From Callorhinchus milii (lineage: Eukaryota), in contig NW_024704743.1 of NCBI RefSeq assembly GCF_018977255.1, forward strand, positions 39,868,001-39,932,000: DNA of 64,000 bases. Direction: 5' to 3'. Below, piece after piece: positions 1 to 12,669 of this stretch. Each line of letters starts with the position of its first letter. Positions within the stretch are counted from its first letter, which is position 1. The notes beneath the pieces are model-generated. The model saw nothing but the letters and a program-made list of their open reading frames with translations, made no database searches and was not told the DNA's origin. The translations under genes were made by a program, and so were the position numbers.

Positions 1-491
1 GCCCTACGCTGTTCAAATCTACAGATTATGCCACGTCAGCATTTTCTAGTTCCCATGTTCTGGGAGAACTGCAGAGTCATTAATAAACTGGCTGCTGAGC
101 TTCCACTTTACTTGATGCTCAACTCTTTGCTTTCTCAATAATTTAACTTGTGCTGAATTATTTATTCATTTGGTTTGAACGTGTCAAAGAATTTCATGGA
201 TTTTCGTACTAATGATTTTTGTGGTTCTTGCAATACTTTGCCTCTATCTCATTCAGTAAGATTTGGCATAATGACAGTCTTCAGATTTCAAAATAACTGT
301 CAGTGCGAAACCCTTTGAGATATTGCGGAATGTGCAGTTTCAAATGTAAATATATTTATTATGACAAACAGAAATAACCAGAAATTAATATTATTCAGTA
401 AATTAGAAGATCCTCCCTAGTAAGAAAATGAAATGTGTGACAATGTCTTCTTCAAGGAAGAGGAAGCTTGTCACATTTATGACAAAGAAAC

Positions 492-778
492 TTAATAATA
501 ATAATAATAATCCTTGTATTTGATATAGAGCCTGAGCACATTGTCAAAATGGCGCAAAGCACTTCACAGAATATATTGTAAAGTGAATTGATTGTATATT
601 TTGTGGGTGAAACATGGCAGCCAATTGCGCACAGTAGTATCCCACAAACAGTCATGGATTGAGTGACCAAGTTTCTTTTTAAGGGATTATTATCCCCAGA
701 AAACCATTTGTCAATCCACAGCTGAGTTGCTACTTTCTGCTAGTTAAACAGAGGCATTGGAGTAAGGAAACTTGCCTT
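492..778 (-). mobile_element. Long-variant SINE lacking head; further partial copies at about 2578-2820, 30430-30615, 39250-39540, 49088-49243 and 63375-63545
   Basis: Body ggcagccaattgcgcacag...cccacaaacagtc and (AAT)n tail. Confidence 0.85.
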
Positions 779-819
779 CCGTTTGTCCTACTGGGGAATG
801 GAAACTGGGTCCAACGTTT

Positions 820-1140
820 GCTCCTTCAGCGTGTTCCACATCCCCTGCCCAGCCCACCCCACCATCGGAGGTCGGGCCTTCAGCCTCCCTTTGGAACACC
901 ATCCCGCAGTCCGTTCACCTTGCTCCCTTCCTTGCCTTCTTCAAGGCACGTGGGTGAAACACGGCAGCCAATTGCGCACAGTAGTATCCCACAAACAGTC
1001 ATGGCCCTTCTCTTTGACCACGCATTCGGGCACCCTTCCTGCCCTCCCTGCCCTCCACACCCCCTAATCCCAACCACCTGCTCGGGTCCACACCCCTGAC
1101 TGTCCAGCGCCTTGGGACATCCTCCCAACGTGTTGTTGTT
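820..1140 (+). mobile_element. L2 LINE 3' end interrupted by a 55-bp SINE-derived insert
   Basis: LWNTIPQSVHLAPFLAFFK and tail cttgggacatcctcccaacgtgttgttgtt. Confidence 0.88.
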
Positions 1141-4100
1141 ATTTGGTTGAAGTCATCCAATAAAATTGTTAATTGGGTTTAAAATGTGGAGTTTATTTTT
1201 GTATACATTTGCTCAAGGATGGGAACATTGATGGAGGGTGAACATTTTGGAAATTGGATTTCAGACCAAATTGTTTTATTGTAGTCAGGGACACGAAAGC
1301 AGTGGTAGGGGTTAACTTCCATGACCACTCTTTAGAAATGCATGGGAAAATGCAACATTTCACAATAGATTTGATGTGATAATAATAGTTTTACACTACA
1401 ATAATGTATTAAGACAAGACGTCAGTAAAACCTGAAAGTAAGCATAATGTTCTCTCTGAATATTATGCTGCTCAAGAGATTCTTTCAGTAGAGGTGAATA
1501 TACCTTCTATATAATAGGCAACCATTTTCATCCTACTTTGGAGTACTTTGTAGATGATCAAGCAATTGACACATAACTTTGAAGCAGTGATAAAGCAGTT
1601 GTATTCAGTGTAGCGTAAAGGTTTCTGGGAGCCACACAACAAAGAATGCATTCTAGTGGAATACATCAGGCAAATGCCATGCAATGCCTCAAGGTTGTAC
1701 TTGATGTGAAATTTAGGGTTAAATAGTCAATTACAAGTCAACATCTTAAAGCATCTTTGAACTATTAGCATGGGGGAACTATTAAATCAGTGAATCATTG
1801 TAATATTAGTGGGTTTACTAGAGATATCAGTGAAGGGATTATCAAAATTGCATTATTTTATTGGTTACCGCAATAAAATGTCACATTTCATTCATGTTCA
1901 GATCTCTTCTGCATACAGTACTGTAGGTTTATCACAGCTAGTCCCATAATAATGTAGAAAAATGATAATCATCACCAGAACTTCAAGAGATATTTTGGCG
2001 TTTTATTTCACAATATTACAGGGAAATAATTTACTTTTTGATGCTAAGATTATGATGATTATTCCATTTTATTTGCAATTGATTTTGATTCTAAATTTGT
2101 TTCCTTACCTGATTTTATTCTGAACTGATGTCCAATTCTCCCAGTGCACAATATATTCATTTTCCTCATTTACAATGGCTCAGTATTTACATAGATTTAC
2201 ATTCATATAGATTCAACAGTATTAATACAGACCCTTCAGCTCAACTCGTCTGTACTAGTTGTACTCCACATGAGCTTCCTCCCTCCCCTCCGCCTTTCTT
2301 AATCTCCACACCTCCCCCTACATACTCATCTATTTCCTTCTGCTCTTTCATCTGTTAGATTTGAATTTCCTCTTAAATCCATTGCTGATTTCTGCTTTAA
2401 CTAAATCTTCTGGCAGTGAGTTACACATTCTCACCACCTTGTATGTAATGACATTCCCCAAAATTTACAATGCAAAAATAAAATTGCATTTAGAACTGTG
2501 ATTAGCTATTTTACATTTAATGGTCCCTTATGATGGACTCTCCTACAAGTGGAAATAGATTATTTAGGTTCACCTTCCATAATAATAATCCTTGCATTTG
2601 ATATCGTGCATTATCACGTCTTCGAGACATTACAAAGCGCTTCACAGAATATACTGTAAAGTGAATTGACTGTATATTTTGTGGGTGAAACATGGCAGCC
2701 AATTGCACACAGCAGTGTCCCACAAACAGTCGTGGATTGAGTGACCAAGTTATTATTATTTTTTTTGAAGCAATTATTATTATTCCTGGAAAGGCAATCT
2801 GCCAATCGACTAACAACCGTTATCAAATTCTCTCATAAAGCCAATGAATATTTGCATTTTTATGACCTTCTCCACTTATTTGGCTATTTTTAAAGATTTA
2901 TTAATCTGAATCCTCAGACCACTTGCTCCTCTCCCACCTCCTAGACTCTGACTTCAAGTGTATTATATTATATTAATCTATTGCAGTTTCATTCCATACT
3001 ATCAGGATTAGATCGGGGAAGGAGCACTGAAAGGATTCTCCTATTGCCAGTCAACAACCTTTAAAGTGCCAAGTTATAATGGGTTTTCCTATTATAAACC
3101 CAAATAGCCAAGACCCTTACATGTACTGATCAGTAGAGAACTAGATGTGGTCATCCACCAAGGCCAGTTTATTTCTTGCTGAACACAAAAACGTTGTTCC
3201 AGAATAATGCTATGAGAAACCTTTTACTACACATTATTCAGTAGAGCTGTATTTAGTCTTTATTAAAACTTGTATATCCTGCATTTTAATTAATGCCTAC
3301 TCATGGTTTAAACATTCTTTCATGTACTTTATATTTCTAATTTTATTTCTTATTTGGAGCATTATTATTACTATATTCACACTTTTCTGTTTGATTTTTT
3401 TTGATAGCCCATTAATGTGAAAGACATTCTTTCTAGTTGCCTTGCTTTCTTCAAATTATTATTATTAATAATAGTATTAAGCATATAACTGTTTTGGATG
3501 ACACATTAAACATATTCCATTGCACCATTTTCATTTACTGATATTTTTAAAGGAGAAATAATAATAATAACAATAATATGTGCTTTTAATATAACGCCTT
3601 ATCACGTTGCTGAGACATATGAGAATATTTCACAGGATATATGATAAAGTAAATTCACTGTGTATGTTTTGTGGGTGAATGTGGCATCCAATTTGTGCAC
3701 AGCTATGTTCCGTGAACAATCATGGAGTGAGTGACCAGTTTTAATTGTTGATGAGTACACGGGAGAAACTGTCTTCTCTTTTTAAATAGTGCCATGGGAT
3801 CTTTAACATCCACCAGGAGAGGCAGATGGCACTTTGGTTTAATATCTCTTCTGAAAGATGACACATCTTGGAATGCAGCATGTCTTCAATATTGCATTGG
3901 AGCATCAGTCTAGACTATATGGGTTGCAAGTAATGACGTGCGGCTTGAACCCACAACTTCTGACTTTGAGTCCTATCGACTGAGCCTGCTGACATTAGAG
4001 TGCATTAAGTCAAATTGTTTTCCTTAATGCTTATATCCAATGTTTTCTTATATCGCCCACAAAATATAAAATCAATTCACTTTGCAGATATTCTGTGAAG

Positions 4101-6339
4101 CGGTTTGAGATGTCTTGAAGATGTGAAAAGGCGTTATATGAAATGCAAGGCTTATTATTATTATTATCATTATTATTAATGTTTGAGACATATTCTGTTA
4201 CACCAATCTTTTTTTATTAATATCTTTAAAGGAGGAATAAAGTCTGCAGAGGGTACTTCAAAAGGCTCCCAGTACAATTAGAAAACAACATATCATTAAA
4301 AAGCAATAGCTTCCTTACAGCAACATTCAGGAGGGAGAGACTTTGACAAAGCGTAGGTTGAAAGGATATAACAGTTTCAAGGACACTTTCACTGATTTGT
4401 ATTTGGATATTGGTTAGATCACAGTTTCTGTAAATGGATTTCATCTCGTATGTGTAGAAAGCTGCTTTTTTTTTCTTTCAGGCATCATAAAGGGTTAAAA
4501 ATTAACATGATTGGAGCAATGCCACCAGATCTAGCACAATCTTCGTCTACGCTATTTGTCCCAGTTTGCAAGGCATGAAAGACTACCAGACTATCACCAA
4601 AACATAACTTTATATTTATTTGCCAAGCTAAATAGAATTGTACATTGAACACCAAGCTACTATTAATTAAGTACAAAATGAAATGTTACAGTTGGATTTG
4701 GAATATAATTTATTCAAGATTTCAGAATCTATTATATTCCCTTCCTGTCTTACTGAGTGAAAATTGCAGTGTATTACCATACAGCCAGTAGATGTGTTAA
4801 TTATTCAAGTGGCCCGATTACACCATTTACTATGCCTCTAACTCATGGTTAGCAACATTAGATTGCCAGTTAGCATATTGCTGACTGGGATTGACTGTTA
4901 GTATCCCACAGGTGCTAATTGACACATCACACATCCAAATTTTTACACCCACACATGCTGTTATTTGAGTAGCAGAAATACAATAAGCCCCCATTTATCC
5001 AGAATCCGGAATTCAAATCTAGCAGAACCAGGACTGGACCACATTTTGAAAACAAATCTGTCACGGCTGTTTGTGGAACATTGCTGCGTGCAAATTGGCT
5101 GCCATAACAGGTATTATACATACACAATCACTACACGTTACAGTAAAAAAAATTCTGCGACGCGCTTTGAAATGTTATGATGACTTGATAAGGCAAAAAT
5201 TATAAGATTATAATTATTATTATTACAATACTTACAGAACCACCTAGCATCAGCTGAAACGATAATGCTGAAGGGATATTAAACTTGCATCTTACAGTAA
5301 AGATACAATGAAACTGTTCATTACTGGCCAAATGATCTTGAAGTCAGCCATTTTAGAGCAAAAGCCAGACAGCGCACAAAATAAAGCAGATCAGCTGGGA
5401 ACGTACACAGTGAAACCACATTATATCCCAATTTGAGCTGTAGAAAGTGTGTTGATATGGACATTGTCAAAGGCTCTAGAGAGGTCAGACAGGACAATAA
5501 ATTTTGCACAGAGTGTCCGGGTCACAAACTAAGAGGATTTCATCGATAACTTTGACCACGGCTATCTTGGTACGATGGACAGAGGGAAATCAGATTTGAG
5601 TGTCTTAAGAAACACCACATGTTTTGCCCCATGGTTTACTATGGAAGGTAAACCAAATTCTTGTAAAAGAAAATGAAATTGACCTGAATCAGGTGGAAAC
5701 ACTTAATTCCAATGGTTGAAGCCACACAATGAATGTGAAAGATAGAATAAATCTGTGGAAGTTTAACCACATTCAAACATACAGTGCTGATTGTGCTTGT
5801 CTTTAGGGGGTGCTGTGCCTGGATTGTAATGATTTATTTGATGGAAGTGTGCAGGAATTGTGTGGTTTAATGGAACTATTGTGATAGATTTGATATGAAT
5901 GTAACAGGGCTTGTGATAAATTTAAAAGGAAAATAATTGTACACATTTTTTTGTTGGGACTATGCTGACAAGGTGAGTTATGAAACTCTCCTGGAGCAGA
6001 AGGTTTCTTGAGCAATAACAATAAATTATGATTCTAACTAACAATATTTTGATCACACTGTTGTTCCACTGATGTCATTTTGAAGGTGCTAACGCAGACC
6101 TTGTTCAAATTGTTATAGTTTGGATGGAAGTAACAGAACTATGGGTTTATGTCATCCAAATGAATTAAGTCAACTAGATGCTTTTAAGTGTGTGTATGTG
6201 AGAGAGGGAGTAAACTCAGTGATGAGTCCAGCAGATGATCACAGTAAAACCTGAATAGTTTAAAATCATTGTCTGAGCCCTGAAGAGAAATAGCAACCAT
6301 ATGGTCAAAAGTAATGCAGGAACCATCACTAATAAACAA

Positions 6340-6830
6340 CAACTTATATTTATATAGCTCCCTTCTCTGAGGTCTTAATATCAGTGTGGTTTAATGCTGA
6401 GCTGAAAAGAGAGGAGAGGTGACTGAAGGCATGGTGGAAAAGGAAAGTCTTCAGGTGTAATTTGAAGATGGGCAAACAGGGGGCAAGATGGAGGGACTGA
6501 GGCAGGGAGTTCCAGAGAACTTCTTGAATGAACGTGGTGGGTAATTGAGTGGAATGTGAAAGTTGGGAAGTGACAGGGTGTGAAGTGATTTGAAGGTGAG
6601 CGAGAGGACCTTGAAATCGATCCATTTTGCAACAGGGAGTCAATGGAGCCTGACAAGAACTGGGATGATGGGAGTGCAGAGCCTGATATGGGTGAGGACA
6701 TGGGTGGCAGAGTTTTGTATCATTTGGACGTTTTGACAGTGGAGCCGAGAAATCCGTGGAAAAGTGCATTGGAAAAAATCGAGTGTGGGAGGTAACAAAA
6801 ACCTGAATAATAATTTAGCAGCATTTGAAA
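6340..6830 (-). mobile_element. Old L2 fragment; similar degraded L2 pieces at about 7025-7250, 10195-10520, 22575-22845, 25850-26160, 43100-43410, 44530-44960, 50030-50225 and 61305-61620
   Basis: LWNSLPQSLHLAPCLPIFKLHLKTFLF motif and L2-type tails. Confidence 0.75.
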
Positions 6831-9800
6831 TAAAATAGGAGCAAAGGCAGGAGATGTGTTGGATGTTGAGGAAGTCTTGTCAACAATCAAAAAGATTAAT
6901 GTGTATTATATGAGTTATGTAATGTTTCTTATCGGATGTTATTTACACAATGAAAAGCATTTATAATTCCCTCTGTCAAAAGCGCTTGCTCAGCTCCCAA
7001 ATAAACTACAGTATTCTCACACAACATGCATCTATATAGCACCAATTACATACAGCCATGTCTCAGAGTGCTTTACATATAGATGGTCCCAGATGTTGAG
7101 GAGAGGGAATGAGATGGGGAAGCATTGTGGAAGGAGGTGACTGTAGGGAAATCCAAGAGGTTTTTAGGCTTTTTTTAGAGATGGATAGGGGAGAGGATGA
7201 CAGAGAGGTTGAAGGAGAGAGTTCCAGAGGGAGGGGACTATTGTTGGGAAAATACTAATCTAGGCCTAAGCCTTGGTAACAACATAATGAAGTAAAACAT
7301 TTCTGCTACTCCAGTAAGAGCTTATGTTAAATATACAAAGATTTACAAAGAATGTACAGCATGGAAACAAGCCACTTGTTCCAACCAGTCCATGGCGATG
7401 TTTATACGCCATATCAGCCTCCACCTCTCCATACTCCTTCCCATAATAGTCGTTGTCCTTTGTATCTGAAGATGGCTGTTCAAACAATGTGGGAACAGCC
7501 TATTGATGTGCCATATCAAATGTAAAGATTATTATTGTATTAAAAATTTGTGGGTTCAAACCCTATGTCGGGTGTTGAAGTGTGGTACTAGCCAATGTTG
7601 GAGATGCCATCCTTTGGATAAATCTTTTAATCAAGGTCTGTCTATTTAGGTTGATGTTGAAGATCCCAAGGCACTACTCAAAAAGAGAAATGAGTTTCTC
7701 CCAGTGTCCTAGCAAAAAATACAGACATTACAATTTGCAGGAAAATCTTATGAAACACTTTCTGAAAGAGTCATCTTTCTGACATAAAAGGCACCTCATC
7801 AAATAATTATTGTTATTATTGTTATTAATGTTGCTTTGTTGAAGGTGCAATCTCTCAGATAAAAGATTATCTAGGGTCCTGACCAGCCACCCCAGGCAGA
7901 TGTTAAAGAACCTATTAACTATTTTTGAAGGCAAAATTCCTCCAAGTGTCCAGGCCAACATTTTTCCCTCATCTAAATCCAACAAATAAACAAATCAATT
8001 TGAACATTCATCTTATCGCTGTGTATGCAACACAATATTGAGGGGGTGATCACATTGCCTGCATTTAAAAGAAAGTGGAAGCAAATATGATCTGCTTAAG
8101 GAATATGTCATGACATTTCAGTCTAATAAAGTGCTATGTCAACTGCAAATGTCATAAATTTTAAATAATTTATTGTATTTTTAGACAGCAATACAGTAAG
8201 TGTCTTCTGCAGAATTAACAATTCATTAACATTTATGGTTAAATCTGATTCTCTGCTCTTTAGTTACTGGATGAGATGTTCGCCCGAGGTCCCATCTGCC
8301 TTTCAGGTGGATGTGAAAGATGCCAATGGCACAATTTGAAAAAGAAAAGGATGCTGCTTTAAGTATCTTGGCTCAAAATCCACCAGTTTAAAAAAAATGG
8401 TTATTCATGGCTGTTTGCAGGACATTGTTTTCCACAAATAAGCTGCCACATTAGCCAAAACATAAACAGCTGCGACACTTCACAGAAAACTCGATGCAAT
8501 TGCAAGCATTACTATTATTGTAATTGTAATGTAATATCCATGCTGTTATTGTAATTGCAAAGAACCTTTCTTTCAAGTGATCCATGTACATTGTGTCGTA
8601 AAACACAATACATCTTAACACCCACAGCTTTAGAACTTGCAAAGTATGTTTGCAGAGCAATGGTAAGGTATCTGGATCACAGTACAGGGGGTCAAAATTT
8701 TGCTCATTGAGATATTTTCATTTCATATGTAATAATTGTATTGTAGATTGAGGAACCCAGCAGAATATGTGTAACACAGCATAGAAGATTTGTAATAATG
8801 ATTGTCCTAGTTATAGTAAATTGACTACCTTCCAAAAAGTTCTTTAGTTGAATTCAAGAATCCCATTTTTCTTTACCCTGTTTGAGATGTACAAAAATAC
8901 TTTTGCTGATAATTATCCTTTAGTTTCCATTTAACTTGAGAAAAGGTGTCAACACAAAATTAGTACTACTGTCCTGGCACTACCAATTCTATTGTTGGTT
9001 CATCAAAATTATCTTGTTTTTTCCATTTGTTTTTCATTAGGACTCTTTAAGTGAGATTGCCAATTCAGTGTCAAATCCTGGACACTTGGATATTTAGATG
9101 AAATCTGCCAAAACACATTTCACGTGAGATCCTTACAACAAGCAAGGAGAAGAGATGTTGGCACAAAGTTTACAGTATTCCTTACCCTGCTCCTTGTATT
9201 AATTAACATGAGGAACTTGTTAAGGAATAAGTCTGGCAAGCTTTCCAAGGAGACTCCGCTTACCTCCCACCTTAAGGAAGATAGTCACAAATCTTTCATA
9301 TCTCTCTTAAGGAATAACAAAAATCTCTCTTTCATCCTACGCTCAAAGTGAAGGAGTATGTACTAACGCATTGCATATCTACATCCTATCGTGGATTTGC
9401 TTTTCAGTAAATATGTAAAGTCCTGAAAACACATGTAAATCAACATATGTATGTTCTTAGCTGTTGTGTTTTAATACTGGTACCAGCTTGTGTTTCCTAT
9501 AGCAATGCCACCAGTTACAGATAGTGATGAGTTCCAGTGGCAAAAATCCTCCAGTTCTGCTGGTAAAATGTATTCTCCTTATTTCCGCTGGACTGCATTT
9601 TAAAGCTTTGATTTAAAAAAACATAATTCATTGATACTGGCATTCATGGTTTTATATAATAAATTCCCAAAACATCTTATATCTTTGGATTAAAAGAGCT
9701 AGCCGTGTGTTTTTATTGCGAGGATGTAAAATATCAGAAAGGACCTCTAACTTCCTGCAAATTCAGCACTATTCAATTTTATAAAGAAAATCAATCAGAA

Positions 9801-11444
9801 TGTCATTCTCAACCTCGAGTCAAGGTTGTGTTGAACACAATGGGTACTGCAGGAAAAGAAAAGTTATGTTGAGATGAATAAGAAAAGTACTGACTTTTTT
9901 CTAAAAAGCAAATGCTATTACAGTATTATTTTGTATTTATTGAATTCTTCTGTGCACGTTGCTGTTTCAACAATTTCACATTGGGGAAGACAGTTCTGGC
10001 TTCAAGCTTCACATTGCAACTTTGAGCTCATAATCCAGACTGACATTCTATTATAATAATATAATAATAATCCTGCATTTAATGTAACATCTTATCATGT
10101 TGTCTGTACATCCCAAAGTGCTTCACAGGATATACTGAAAAGTGATGTGACTGTGTGGTTATTCACCTCATGGATATTGAGATTATGCTTCCCTCCTCCT
10201 AGCTGCTCCCTCCTCTCATGGAATACTGCCCTGCTCCATGTACCACATCCACCCCACCGTTAGTAGGTAAACCTTCAGACATTCTATCCCCGCTCACTGG
10301 AATGCCATCCCAGAGTCCCTTCACCTCACCTCTTCTTTCCCTTCCTCTCTAACTTTAAAGCCCATTTTAAGATTTTGGTTTTCCAGAACACTTTTGGTCA
10401 CATCTCCTCCACTCCTTCCTCAGCTCAGACCAACACCAGCTTGAGCTCCCAGGCGATTCCGTGAAGTATTTTGAGATGTTCTCTGCATGTGAAAGGTACT
10501 ATTTAAATGTTGGTGTTTAGACCTTCTATTGCTGCAGGCACTAACCTAACTTTCTAATGTTTACATAGGATAACAAGCAATGTTTACTCTGTGATCAGAT
10601 AATGTTGAATTGGGAAGTAATGTCAGAATCAGAAGAATACTGGAGTAGTCCCAAGCTGAGAGAATTTATTTAAGTCAGAAAAATAACATTGCCTTGAGCT
10701 GCAATGCCTCCTGAGCCAGAGTGGAGTTCACAACACAGCTTGCTTTTCTATTGGAATCTTTTATCTGCTTATGAGTAGAAATGGCATAATTATTTTGTTT
10801 TGAAACAAAAAAGATGAAATCGTGAAACTCAGTTCTACTGAACTAGTTCTCTTTTGATATAAATGAAACAGAATCCAGAAGTGTTTCAGATTGAAATGCC
10901 ATGAAATAATAATCATATTACATCTCCTCTTTAGTCACTTGCATAAAAATAATAAAAATAAGCTTTTTTTTAGAAAAGAAAGGCTCAAGTGTAAGCAAAG
11001 TACCATGCCTTGACATAGGCACCTGTAAAACTTTATTTCATAGATTCATATAAATTTACAATGCAGGATACCATTCAGCCCTTCGAGTCTGCACTGACTC
11101 TCAGAGCAAGCTGTTCTATCAATCTCATTGTACTCCTTCAAGCCTTATCTTTGATGTACTACGTTACTTACCTCTTGAAACTCACATACAATTCTGCCTC
11201 TATTACGATAGGCATACCTAAGAATACCAAGGTGTTCCACATCCCAACAACTCTTGTGTGAAAAAAAATCTGAAGCCCCCTTTTACTCTTCTTGTAGCTA
11301 TCTTAAATCCTTGTCCTCTTGTCATTGACTCCCCTACCAGTTATAGAAGGTCAAATATTACTTTTTTTCATATAATCACTTCTCCTGAAGGTGCTGGCTT
11401 ATGTTAGGATACAGTTCAATGGGCCCCCAGACACCCAGTGAAAC

Positions 11445-11645
11445 CTTGTTCTTCATGTGTGACTCTAGACAGCAACTGTTAACAAACTACTTGACCATGA
11501 GGGTATCATAGCCAAGCCAATGTTACTTTTATTTAATGTTTGGATGTACTTTGCTCCAATTGTCATTGGCGAGAACCCAGGAGCGTTTTTTCCCCTCACT
11601 AACCCTGGGGCACTTAAGCCAATTTGAGTACTCTGACTTGGCTGT
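11445..11645 (-). mobile_element. AmnSINE2-like relic; related copies at about 32230-32430 (+) and 13590-13760 (-)
   Basis: Minus strand aattggcttaagtgccccagggttagtgaggggaaaaa...ggcttggctatgataccctcatggtcaagtag...ctgtctagagtcacacatgaagaa parallels the recalled AmnSINE2 consensus. Confidence 0.6.
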
Positions 11646-11719
11646 GATTTGTATCATTTCCAATATTGTTTCCAATCAGATCCATATGCAATTACTTTTG
11701 AAAGATAATCTACACTGAC

Positions 11720-12140
11720 TCAACTGCTTTCAGAGGTATATAAAATCTTAAATGGGATTGAAAGAGTAAACCTAGAACAATACCTCTGGTGCATCCTAAA
11801 GTATTGATTTGGGTGTATCTCTCAATCCCAATTATGATGTTTTACTCTTCCACTCTTGGTTTCTTGGCATTGACACCTGGAGAAAATTACATATGTAGTA
11901 CAAAAGGACATAGGTTTAGAGTTTCAAAGGGTAATTTCAGGACAGACACCAAGACATTTTTTCTATCCAGTGGATAATTAACGACGGGAACAGATTATTA
12001 GGAAGGATGGTCGAGGCCCAGACATTGGACTCATTTGAAATGCAGGTTGATTTCGGGTTGGGTGTATGGGAGGATAAGTATTCTGGTGGGATGAGATCAG
12101 ATGGACCGAAGGGCCTTTTTCACCCAAACTGATCTTTTCC
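11720..12140 (+). mobile_element. Degraded CR1 3' fragment; others at about 2205-2575, 11040-11340, 16440-16560, 49730-50520 and 51760-51850
   Basis: TKGHRFRV...FRTDTKTFF motif and CR1-like 3' UTR gatggaccgaagggcctttt. Confidence 0.7.
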
Positions 12141-12199
12141 ATTTATTCAGTGCCATGCCTATGGCGGAAGGGAAAATCTTTCCCAACTCTGGAATAAGA

Positions 12200-12669
12200 C
12201 ATTAAAAATCTTCCTTTTCCTTCTTAAGATAGTTTCCAAATTGGCCTCTGGTGTTTATGGTAGACATTTCTGCAATGTATTAATAATGACTTTTAATAAT
12301 GCAACTAATAGATCCGCTACGTTCTTTTTATGTATTGCTTTCCTATGTAGTCTGCCTGCTAGCATGTATTCCCCCTGGACTGTCAATGTTGCTGTACAAT
12401 CAACCAGCAGGAGGTGCATTTTGTCTGAACAAGTTACTTCCACTCTGTCCTCAGGACTCCTGTGAATGCTTAATAATGGATTTAGAATCCCAGTTAAGGA
12501 TTGATGGCACAAACTCCAGGGGACAAAAATGATTTTCATAAGACAAGCAGCCAAGGGACTTGAACTCAATGCCTTCCAGTAGACTGTAAAGTGCTTAACA
12601 ATCTTAAAACAGCTTGAACCATCAGACCACTCTTTAACTGACATTCTTGACTAATCCACATCAAAATGT
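12200..12669 (-). pseudogene. Possible degenerate large or terminal exon
   Basis: Non-repeat sequence. Phase-1 reading (D)ILMWISQECQLKSGLMVQAVLRLLSTLQ, then after a shift LLEGIEFKSLGCLSYENHFCPLEFVPSILNWDSKSII with later stops. Weak acceptor. Confidence 0.25.

Noticed and set aside
1..90. Possible plus-strand coding end at the window start (PTLFKSTDYATSAFSSSHVLGELQSH*)
   Set aside because: Too short, no recognisable homology, and truncated by the window edge.
452..670. Recurrent short ORFs with CAIGC / CAQLAA / IKCKDYYY motifs across the window
   Set aside because: All are translations of the same non-coding SINE body.
2109..2180. Strong minus-strand donors (CAG|gtaagg here; similar at 13232, 33067, 40087 and 51692)
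   Set aside because: No convincing acceptor or phase partner; isolated donor motifs are expected by chance.
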